64,000 nt of DNA from the IMG/VR virus record IMGVR_UViG_3300027708_000024. One strand, given 5' to 3'. Origin of the DNA: a virus. Below the pieces are notes generated by a model that saw nothing but the letters and a program-made list of their open reading frames with translations, was not told the origin of the DNA and made no database searches. Positions 56,004-64,000 of the stretch are shown piece by piece (within the stretch, counting starts at the first letter, position 1; every line of letters begins with the position of its first letter). The position numbers and the translations under genes were made by a program.

Positions 56004-58166
56004 ATGGCAAATCCAGCAATAACATTATCGAGTTTGTACACATATACTGCAAACATAGTTTCATATGACGGTACAACAAAACTTGCACAGTTAGATACGC
56101 CGGTTAGTATTTCTTTGGGACAAAATGAGCAAGAAGGAATGATAAGTTCTAAATATTCAATTATCGGAAATGCTACAAATATTTCTAGAGCAATATCGTC
56201 TGGAAGACCAGCTACATTATCAACCGACGAATCTGGTAATTTTGTTGGTATTTTTAATGTTCCGCTAGCTACATTTCAAACCGGACAAAGAGTATTTCGT
56301 ATAGATAATAGAACAGTACCGAATGATCCAGCATCAGCAACTACATATAGTGAGGCAACATTTACTGCATCAGGACTTTCAACAGTATCACAAAAATTAA
56401 ATTTTGGACCGTCAGTTGATGCATCAGGAACAACATTTACCCAAGTAAATCAAACACCAAGACACTTGCTGAGTTCAGTCACAACATATTTTAAAGTTGA
56501 TCCAATTGCACAAACATTTATTATTGATAAAGATAACTATCCAAATGGTTTATTTTTAAGTTCGGTTAAAATATTCTTCTATTCAAAGCCGGCAACCGAT
56601 ATTCCTATTCAATTATCATTATTAGGAACACTTAATGGGTACCCAAACGGAGTAACACTAGATCATTCTAAAGTGATGTTAAATTCAAGTCAGGTTGTTG
56701 TATCAAGAAATCCGCATTATTTAGATTCAGCAACATATACCGAATTTATGTTTGAGGCACCCGTATATGTAGAGTCTGGCGTTTTATATGCAATCATGTT
56801 GCATTCCAGTTCAGCTGATTATCAAGTTTATTTTGCTCAACAAAATGCTATAGCAAAACCCTCAACAGCAAAAGCATTACCCACAGATGCTAATCCTACA
56901 GATACTACAAAAATTAATGGTACACCTTATGTTGGTGCATTATTTGAATCACAAAATGGAATTACTTGGACAGCAGATCAGACAAAACAAATGATGTTTG
57001 TTATTGATAGATGTGTGTTCAACACAAATGTGTCATCAACTATTCCATTTGTTGTGCCTAGAAATTTACCATTTAGAAAATTAGGTACTGATGATATTCA
57101 ACATAGACTAGATGCAAATAGTGTATCGAATTTATATGGAAATTATAGTAGAGAACTTGTTATGGATGCGTTGAACATATCAACTACGCAGTATTTGCCA
57201 ACAGAAACAAACGTTGACTATTCATATCAGGCGGTTATAAAGAACGGTAACAATTTAGATAGCATACAGTCAGTTCATCCAGGTCAATATGGAACACCAA
57301 CATCCGATAACATATATTTGGATGATGGTTTGGGAGAACGAATTTTATTAAAAAATAGAGACGCAGCGTTTACTCTATATGCAACTCTATCATCTAACGA
57401 CCCCAACGTCAGTCCAATTGTTTCTGATGATGGTATTACCTTATATAATATTCAATATGTAATCAACAATATGGGGATAGGAAATAATGTAATTTCTATT
57501 AGTGATGGTGGTTTAGGATATAATATTGCAAATACACAGGTTATTGTGAGTAATCCAGATATTGGATCCGATGCTGCGATTTTTGGATTAACCGCAAATT
57601 CATCCGGAACAATAACAGATGTATATACAGTATATCCCGGTTCTGGTTACATAACAACACCGACAATTAGTTTATATGATCCAAATGCGACAATACCGGC
57701 AGTTGCAACTATTCATGGAGAAACATCATCAACTGGTGGTAATTCATTTGCGAAATATTTTACGAAGAAAGTTGTTTTAACTCCAGCAAATGATTCTGGC
57801 GATTTAAGAGTATTCTATACTGCATATAAACCATTAGGAACAAATATTTTTGTTTATTACAAAATATTGAATAGAAATGATAGTCAACAACTTGAAGAAG
57901 GTAATTGGCAATTAATGACACAAATGGGAAATCAAACCGTATACTCAACATCAAGAACAGATTTAATTGAATTTGAATGTGCTCCCGGTGTATATGGCTC
58001 AGGTCAAGCAGACAATTTTATATCATACACAAGCAATAATGGAACAACATACACAATATTCAGTCAATTTGCAATTAAAGTTGTAATGGCAACAAATGAT
58101 AATACGAATGTTCCGTTTTTAAGTGACATTCGAGCATTAGCATTGCCTTCAGGAACAGGAATTTAA
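56004..58166 (+). CDS. Large virion structural protein (DUF4815/VrlC-like), C-terminal part
   Basis: DPIAQTF, G.FL.SV..FF, G.LF.SQNG.TW...Q, F.QFAIK.VM, P...D.RA.AL; AATAAATA at 55970-55977. Confidence 0.85.
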   Translation: MANPAITLSSLYTYTANIVSYDGTTKLAQLDTPVSISLGQNEQEGMISSKYSIIGNATNISRAISSGRPATLSTDESGNFVGIFNVPLATFQTGQRVFRIDNRTVPNDPASATTYSEATFTASGLSTVSQKLNFGPSVDASGTTFTQVNQTPRHLLSSVTTYFKVDPIAQTFIIDKDNYPNGLFLSSVKIFFYSKPATDIPIQLSLLGTLNGYPNGVTLDHSKVMLNSSQVVVSRNPHYLDSATYTEFMFEAPVYVESGVLYAIMLHSSSADYQVYFAQQNAIAKPSTAKALPTDANPTDTTKINGTPYVGALFESQNGITWTADQTKQMMFVIDRCVFNTNVSSTIPFVVPRNLPFRKLGTDDIQHRLDANSVSNLYGNYSRELVMDALNISTTQYLPTETNVDYSYQAVIKNGNNLDSIQSVHPGQYGTPTSDNIYLDDGLGERILLKNRDAAFTLYATLSSNDPNVSPIVSDDGITLYNIQYVINNMGIGNNVISISDGGLGYNIANTQVIVSNPDIGSDAAIFGLTANSSGTITDVYTVYPGSGYITTPTISLYDPNATIPAVATIHGETSSTGGNSFAKYFTKKVVLTPANDSGDLRVFYTAYKPLGTNIFVYYKILNRNDSQQLEEGNWQLMTQMGNQTVYSTSRTDLIEFECAPGVYGSGQADNFISYTSNNGTTYTIFSQFAIKVVMATNDNTNVPFLSDIRALALPSGTGI

Positions 58167-58167
58167 T

Positions 58168-58389
58168 ATGTCTCTAGTTAAAGTTACTAATTCAAATTTT
58201 GTAAGAGATACTCAAAGTATGGCATTAATGAATACAGATGATACGGCCAGAAATGAGTATTACTCTAAGGTTCGCATGTTAAAGACTCAGAAAGATGAGA
58301 TAAATACTGTGAAACAAGAGATAGATGGCATCAGAAACGAAATGTCTGAAATCAAACAATTGATGCTCAAATTAATAGAAAAAGGTTAA
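58168..58389 (+). CDS. Small conserved coiled-coil virion-associated protein
   Basis: KV.....VRD..S.A..N; EIK.LM. Confidence 0.7.
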   Translation: MSLVKVTNSNFVRDTQSMALMNTDDTARNEYYSKVRMLKTQKDEINTVKQEIDGIRNEMSEIKQLMLKLIEKG

Positions 58390-58390
58390 A

Positions 58391-61300
58391 ATGGCGAATA
58401 CCGTTACTTTATTAAGTTATGCCAATACTTTTGGTGATTGGGTTACTACTACCAATCAGGTAGTAAAAGAGAATAATGATCTTGCTGCAAATAACTACAT
58501 TAAACCCACAGGAACATTATACTTAAATGATCCAACAACAGGATTATCTGTTTTAACTGGCGCAATATTTCAAGGTACATTTCAAGTTGCTGGCACTGGA
58601 TCTTCTGCATATGTTCAAAATAATCTTAGTGTAGATAGACAAGTATATTTTACAAATACAACTTTAGGTTTAACTAATTCTGGACAAGCAAATATCAATG
58701 GTCTTTTAATTGCACAAGGACCAGGTTTGAGTTTGTATGTTGCAAATAATGCAAATATCAAAGGCGTATTGACCGTCAGTAATAATGTAACAATTACAGG
58801 TAATACCAATTTACAAAACACATTGTATGTTACGGGCAATACCACGTTAAGTAATACACTATCTGTTGTTGGTAACACAGCACTGGAAAGTGCTTTAGAT
58901 GTAACAGGTAATACAAGATTAGCAGATAAATTATATGTTTCTGGTAGTGTAACAATTAGTAATGATTTAAATGTTACATCAACTGGAATAGTTCATATTC
59001 TTCAAGCAAATACGGCAGTCAATACAGCAACAGTTTCGGTTGTTGGTAGAACAATCACAGATACTTTGGTAGCAAATACTTCATCAAGAACACCAATTGT
59101 TTATACCGAAAATGTAAAGGCAAACAATTCAGTAAATACGGCCGTAGCGTCGATTGTGGGGACAACATATACAAACAGACTACAAGCAAATGCCACAGTC
59201 AATACAGCGACTTCTAGTGTCTCTGGTACATCATATACAAATATACTTCAGGCGAACTCGGTAGTCAATACTGCCACATCCAGTGTTACTGGCACAAATT
59301 ATGCAAATGTTACTCAGGCAAATACTGCGGTAAATACAGCAACACTATCTGTTGTTGGTACATCATATACAAATATCATAAAAGCAAATACTGCTGTAGA
59401 TGTGAGTGGAAATGTGTACGCAGATGTGGTTTCTGCGAATTCAAGTATAAGTGTACCAACATTATCTGTTACGACTAGATTAAATGGTAATTTAGCAAAT
59501 ATGTCTGCAAATTCCATGGCAATTGGTACTGGTGGTTTGAGTGTCGCAGGAAATTTTATTATTAATGGTCAGACAGTTTATAATGTGGATACATTTACAT
59601 TAAGTGCAGGTGCCACTGTTGGAATAAATGGATATTTTCAGAATTATAGAGGTGCTAACACAGCGAATGCAGTTATTCGTTGGAATGAAGATAGCAAGTA
59701 TTGGGATTTAAATGATGTCAACAATTTAAATCAGGCAACAACATATTCAAAAATTTTAACTGCTAACTTAATCAGTGACTCAGTATCGTCATTATCGTCA
59801 AGTACACTTGCATCATCTAAAGCAGCAAATACATTAAATGATAGTATTGTTACCGCAAATACAAACTCAAAATTATATACTGATGCACAAATAGCTGCAA
59901 ATGCAGTAAGTGCAAACAGCGTAATTACTACTGCAAATAGTAACATGAAGTTATATGTAAATTATGTAGTAACGGATAATGCAACAAGTGCCAATGCATA
60001 TACTGATGCACAAATAGCTGCAAATGCAGTAAGTGCAAACAGCGTAATTACTACTGCAAATAGTAACATGAAGTTATATGTTGACGCCAACGTATCATCA
60101 TTGCAAACACAAATATCATCAAATGTAACTTCGTTGCAAAGTCAAATTACTGCTAATGTTAATACCATTTCAAGTATTAATTCATATCAAAATACCAATA
60201 TAACAATTACTGGTTCGTATGCTAACTCTGCATACAATAGAGCAAACGCAGCAGCAAATAGTTTCACAGGCACAACAGGTACCGCAACACCTACAAATGG
60301 AAATATTACATTTGCAAGTAATAATGGTGTTATTATTTCCGGTCAAGGAAGTACCTTATATGTTAATACATCACAAGATTTAAGAACAACTGCATCACCA
60401 ACATTCAACTCATTAACATTAACCAATCCTCTTGCAACAACACAAGGTGGTACTGGATCAGCAACAACTAGTGGTGCGATTCAAAATCTGTTAGGAGGAT
60501 TAGGATCAGGATCAGCAGGTTATGCTGTTCTTACGAATGGTGCGGGTTCATTCTATTTAGGTTCTAGTGGTGGTGGTGGTGCAACTACTGCCGTTGGTAC
60601 ATTAATTAATATTTCAAGTAATACACAAACGGCACCAGCAGCACAAACATTATTTTATTCTGCAAACGTTGCAACCAATACCCCATACACACCGGGATTG
60701 AACCAATTAAAAGTTTTCATTAATGGTATAAGACAAACATTAAATGATTACACAGAATATTCAAATGGTGCATTTAGATTGACTAGTGGTGCAACTGCTG
60801 GAGATGTGGTTTTGTCTGAGGTATATGGTCAATACACATATGATAATTGGGCAAATGCAACAGTATTCACAGTTAATAGTAATATTTCTTCAACTGCAAA
60901 TACTGTTCAACTTGCTATTGATGGATTGACAAGTAAACTCACCACATATTATGCAAACACCAGTTCTTCATACTCAAATCCAAGTTGGATTACATCACTA
61001 GATGCTACCAAGATTAGTTCTGGAACATTACCTAGTGCTAGATTATCTGGTTCTTACACTAGTATAAGTGGTGTTGGTACATTAACAGCAGGTTCAATAC
61101 CAACAACTTTAATTACTGGTCTTGCTACATCAGCAACAACAGATACAACTAATGCAAGTAATATTACTTCTGGAACATTAGCAAATACAAGATTTGGAAC
61201 AACAAGTAATGTTCAATTCTTCTCAATTGGCGCTGGAACTGCCGCATCTGCATCTATTGGTGAGATTCGTGCAACGGGTAAAATTACTGCTGGTTATTCT

Positions 61301-61597
61301 GATGATAAATTAAAAACTAAATTAGGTAGCATTGAGAATGCACTAAGTAAGGTGATGGATTTAAATGGTTTCTACTACGAAGCAAACAAAACAGCACAAG
61401 AACTTGGCTATAAAGTAAACCGTGAAGTTGGTTTGTCAGCACAAGAAGTCAAAAAAGTGTTACCTGAAGTAATTGTAACAGCACCAATAGACGATAAATA
61501 CTTGACTATTCAGTATGATAGAGTTGTTCCTTTATTAGTTGAGGCAATCAAAGAGTTGAAACATGAAATAGATATGTTAAAAGGAAGTAAACAATGA
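58391..61597 (+). CDS. Long tail fibre with C-terminal intramolecular chaperone (peptidase S74-like)
   Basis: ANTF..W...TN start; beta repeats; YSDDKLK, VGLSAQEV..VLPE, YDRVVPLLVEAIKEL. Confidence 0.88.
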   Translation: MANTVTLLSYANTFGDWVTTTNQVVKENNDLAANNYIKPTGTLYLNDPTTGLSVLTGAIFQGTFQVAGTGSSAYVQNNLSVDRQVYFTNTTLGLTNSGQANINGLLIAQGPGLSLYVANNANIKGVLTVSNNVTITGNTNLQNTLYVTGNTTLSNTLSVVGNTALESALDVTGNTRLADKLYVSGSVTISNDLNVTSTGIVHILQANTAVNTATVSVVGRTITDTLVANTSSRTPIVYTENVKANNSVNTAVASIVGTTYTNRLQANATVNTATSSVSGTSYTNILQANSVVNTATSSVTGTNYANVTQANTAVNTATLSVVGTSYTNIIKANTAVDVSGNVYADVVSANSSISVPTLSVTTRLNGNLANMSANSMAIGTGGLSVAGNFIINGQTVYNVDTFTLSAGATVGINGYFQNYRGANTANAVIRWNEDSKYWDLNDVNNLNQATTYSKILTANLISDSVSSLSSSTLASSKAANTLNDSIVTANTNSKLYTDAQIAANAVSANSVITTANSNMKLYVNYVVTDNATSANAYTDAQIAANAVSANSVITTANSNMKLYVDANVSSLQTQISSNVTSLQSQITANVNTISSINSYQNTNITITGSYANSAYNRANAAANSFTGTTGTATPTNGNITFASNNGVIISGQGSTLYVNTSQDLRTTASPTFNSLTLTNPLATTQGGTGSATTSGAIQNLLGGLGSGSAGYAVLTNGAGSFYLGSSGGGGATTAVGTLINISSNTQTAPAAQTLFYSANVATNTPYTPGLNQLKVFINGIRQTLNDYTEYSNGAFRLTSGATAGDVVLSEVYGQYTYDNWANATVFTVNSNISSTANTVQLAIDGLTSKLTTYYANTSSSYSNPSWITSLDATKISSGTLPSARLSGSYTSISGVGTLTAGSIPTTLITGLATSATTDTTNASNITSGTLANTRFGTTSNVQFFSIGAGTAASASIGEIRATGKITAGYSDDKLKTKLGSIENALSKVMDLNGFYYEANKTAQELGYKVNREVGLSAQEVKKVLPEVIVTAPIDDKYLTIQYDRVVPLLVEAIKELKHEIDMLKGSKQ
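59875..60081 (+). repeat. Perfect 84-bp direct repeat (period 123 bp) in the tail fibre
   Basis: 59875-59958 identical to 59998-60081. Confidence 0.9.
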
Positions 61598-62037
61598 CCA
61601 CAAAAGTCACACCATCAGTATTGCAAAATACTGCGGTAAGCGCAGGATCATATGGTAATACCACACAACATGTTGCAATAACCGTCGATGCTCAAGGACG
61701 ATTAACCTCCGCAGCAAATGTAACACCAAGTATAGCAAATACACAAATTACTGGTGTGATGACTGCATCACAATTAGCAAGCACTGCGGTTACTGCTGGT
61801 TCATATGGTAACTCTACAACATCTATAAGTTTAACAATTGATGCACAAGGTAGAATAACATCAGCAGCAAATGCAGCAATATCAGTTGCAGGTGGTGTCA
61901 TATATGAAAATAATCAAACAATAACATCAAACTATACTATGACTAGCGGTAAATCAGGAATGTCCGTTGGACCAATCACACTAAATACTGGGGTAACAAT
62001 AACATTACCTACTGGTTCTCGCTGGGTTATTTTATAA
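61594..62037 (+). CDS. Tail fibre-associated repeat protein
   Basis: Two TAV.AGSYGN....T.DAQGR.TSAAN repeats; YEN...I..NYT...S.GPIT...G...T...GS.W. Confidence 0.7.
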   Translation: MTTKVTPSVLQNTAVSAGSYGNTTQHVAITVDAQGRLTSAANVTPSIANTQITGVMTASQLASTAVTAGSYGNSTTSISLTIDAQGRITSAANAAISVAGGVIYENNQTITSNYTMTSGKSGMSVGPITLNTGVTITLPTGSRWVIL

Positions 62038-62048
62038 AAGGATAATTT

Positions 62049-62636
62049 ATGAGTAGTCTTATTTTAACTTCAGAAGCATTAGCAGGAAGTCCTTCAGTTG
62101 GACAAATAGAATATAACGGTCAGTTTTATGGAACTGACAGCAACTCTGCTAGAGCGCAGATGCAGAGAATTACTTTAAGAACTGTTCAAGCAACTACATC
62201 AGGAACAGGACCATTTACTTTTACTGGAATACCTGCTTGGGTTAAGAGAATTACTGTGCAGTTTAGCGGCGTTTCAGCAAGCGCAAGCAATCTAGGAGTT
62301 CAAATTGGATCAGGTTCGTACAGTACGTCTGGATATGTGGGCGGCGGTGTTATTCTTAACTCTAGTGGAAATACATTAGTGTCAACTGGAAATCAACTTG
62401 GTTTTTACGGAAGTGTTACTTTATCAACAGGTACAAACAGCGGGATTATTGTACTAACAAATATAACTGGAAATACTTGGGTGGGAACAGTAAATGCAAG
62501 TAGATCAGATGGAGTATCATTAGTACATAACGCAACTATTACACTTGGTGGCGTTTTGGATAGACTTCAAGTTACTACTTTTACTGGCACGGCGACTTTT
62601 TCTGCTGGGCAAATCAATATTTTATGTGAGGGTTAA
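62049..62636 (+). CDS. Tail fibre-associated protein
   Basis: TTSG...FTGIPAWVKRITV.F.GVS. Confidence 0.65.
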   Translation: MSSLILTSEALAGSPSVGQIEYNGQFYGTDSNSARAQMQRITLRTVQATTSGTGPFTFTGIPAWVKRITVQFSGVSASASNLGVQIGSGSYSTSGYVGGGVILNSSGNTLVSTGNQLGFYGSVTLSTGTNSGIIVLTNITGNTWVGTVNASRSDGVSLVHNATITLGGVLDRLQVTTFTGTATFSAGQINILCEG

Positions 62637-62638
62637 AC

Positions 62639-63055
62639 ATGGCAGGCACATTAGTAGTAGATACAATACAAAGTGGTGCGAGTCTTACACCACCAACTAT
62701 CACAGATAGTGCAGGAACACAAATTGGTACGTTGTGCAGAGCGTGGGTAAACTTTGGTTATGTATCTTCCGCCATAACTGTTCGTGCCTCATTTAATGTG
62801 GCTAGTGTCACAAGAAGTGCGGTTGGCACTTATTTAATTACCTTTACTAATGCAATGCCAGATGCAAACTATTCTGTTTGTTTTGGAAATGTAAGTTCTG
62901 GCGCAACTAACTTAACTATCACTACTGTTTTGCAAGGTGTATATACCACAGGTGCTACAGCCAAAACAGCGGCATCAGTAGGCATTTATACTGGATCATC
63001 AGCGGCGGCTTCTATTGTTGATGTAGCCGATGTTTCAGTCAATATTTTTCGATAA
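62639..63055 (+). CDS. Tail fibre-associated protein
   Basis: CRAWVNF, RASFNV.SV....GTY...F..AMPDANY. Confidence 0.65.
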   Translation: MAGTLVVDTIQSGASLTPPTITDSAGTQIGTLCRAWVNFGYVSSAITVRASFNVASVTRSAVGTYLITFTNAMPDANYSVCFGNVSSGATNLTITTVLQGVYTTGATAKTAASVGIYTGSSAAASIVDVADVSVNIFR

Positions 63056-63064
63056 GAGGACAAA

Positions 63065-63469
63065 ATGAAAGTAATTATTTTTACAAACGACAACGGTGGT
63101 GTATCTGTCTGTACTCCATCAGGTGAAGTAGATATTGCAACTGTTAAAGCAAAAGATACACCAGCAGGTTCTATTATCGTTGATGCATCGACTCTTCCAA
63201 ACGCAGACAATGATTTCTTTGATGCATGGGAACTGAGTGGTGAAACAGTATCAGTCAACATCAACAAAGCAAAAAATATCACAAAGAACAGACTTCGTGC
63301 TGAACGTGAACCATTATTGGCAGCACAAGATGTATTGTTTCAACGTGCATTGGAAACTAATTCAGATACAACTTCAATCGTTGCAGAGAAAAACAGATTA
63401 CGTGATATCACAAAACTTGTTGATACATGTACTACAACAGAACAACTGAGAGGTCTAAAATGTCAATGA
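63065..63469 (+). CDS. Tail fibre assembly chaperone-like protein
   Basis: KD.P.G...IVD...LP...FF.AW; R..R..LL...DV....A.E; K..LRDIT. Confidence 0.7.
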   Translation: MKVIIFTNDNGGVSVCTPSGEVDIATVKAKDTPAGSIIVDASTLPNADNDFFDAWELSGETVSVNINKAKNITKNRLRAEREPLLAAQDVLFQRALETNSDTTSIVAEKNRLRDITKLVDTCTTTEQLRGLKCQ

Positions 63470-63948
63470 TTTTAGATGGTAGTGCAGGAGTTACATTTAA
63501 CAATGCCACATCACAAAATAGTGGTGGTGTAGCACTGCAAGTTGTAACTAGTAATACTAAAACTCAAATTTCAACAACCAGTGCTACTTATGTAAATACT
63601 CCATTATCACTTTCTATTACGCCATTATTTTCTACCAGCAAAATTTTAATAATGGTGAGTGGTCAAATGTTTGGGGGCGCGGACAATGCCACCATGGGTG
63701 CGTTGGGCATTACAAGAAATTCAACACTTATCTTTGATGACCAAAGAGCACTTATGGATAGTGTAAATGCTATTGTAGGTATTGGTTATAGAACTAATAT
63801 TATTTATTTAGATTATCCTTCAACAACAAGCGCAACAACTTATACTGTACAACTAGCTAGATCAGCTACAGCAGGAACAAGTTATCCGATTTACTTTACT
63901 TATGGTGTCAATTCCATTTCAACAATTATTTTGATGGAGATTGCATGA
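63460..63948 (+). CDS. Tail fibre-associated protein
   Basis: GAGG SD; LQVV, SITP..STSKILI, P.TTSATTY..Q, S.I.LMEIA. Confidence 0.65.
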   Translation: MSMILDGSAGVTFNNATSQNSGGVALQVVTSNTKTQISTTSATYVNTPLSLSITPLFSTSKILIMVSGQMFGGADNATMGALGITRNSTLIFDDQRALMDSVNAIVGIGYRTNIIYLDYPSTTSATTYTVQLARSATAGTSYPIYFTYGVNSISTIILMEIA

Positions 63949-64000
63949 TGATTACTTTACATGACGCTATTTTTGCACTTAATTTACCTATTGTAACTAT
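63945..64000 (+). CDS. Partial ORF (3' truncated)
   Basis: GGAG SD, ATGA overlap, open to the window end. Confidence 0.45.
   Translation, partial: MMITLHDAIFALNLPIVT

Noticed and set aside
41557-56004. Stop-codon reassignment as the explanation for split gp5 and DUF4815 genes
   Set aside because: The breaks are TAA, two of the three change frame, and downstream ORFs have their own SD; TAA, TAG and TGA all terminate normal genes here.

Overview
AT-rich segment of a large T4-like myovirus genome, probably infecting a Betaproteobacterium; the host call is an inference from the pqqA and tmRNA-tag sequences. 1-22 kb is a dense, all-plus-strand early/accessory region of small ORFs. It also holds a DNA methyltransferase-like gene, a HExxH-vWA protein, a CobS/MoxR AAA ATPase, GP88, a second AAA ATPase and DenV, and is driven by sigma70-type promoters. 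22-32 kb carries phoH, a double 2OG-Fe(II) oxygenase, two glycine-rich adhesin cassettes, a Cas4-like exonuclease, a secreted endonuclease, a circularly permuted (two-piece) tmRNA, pqqA, SleB, gp33, gp59 and gp32. 32-64 kb is the baseplate/tail module: two paralogous hub/tape-measure-like genes, gp51, gp26, gp54, gp2, gp4, gp48, gp53, hub, a three-piece gp5, gp25, gp6, gp7, gp8, a split DUF4815-like protein and tail fibres. The most notable signals absent from the ORF track are: (1) a hydrophobic 39-aa ORF that starts in the tmRNA intervening sequence and crosses its processing site; (2) a probable -1 frameshift fusing gp26 to a start-less gp51, like lambda G/GT; (3) an 18-bp palindrome helically phased upstream of seven early promoters; (4) a phage pqqA; (5) a family of MNERI...FGV cassettes including an empty copy; (6) several genes flanked by short direct repeats that look like insertion scars. 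Family assignments are from motif recognition only; no searches were run.
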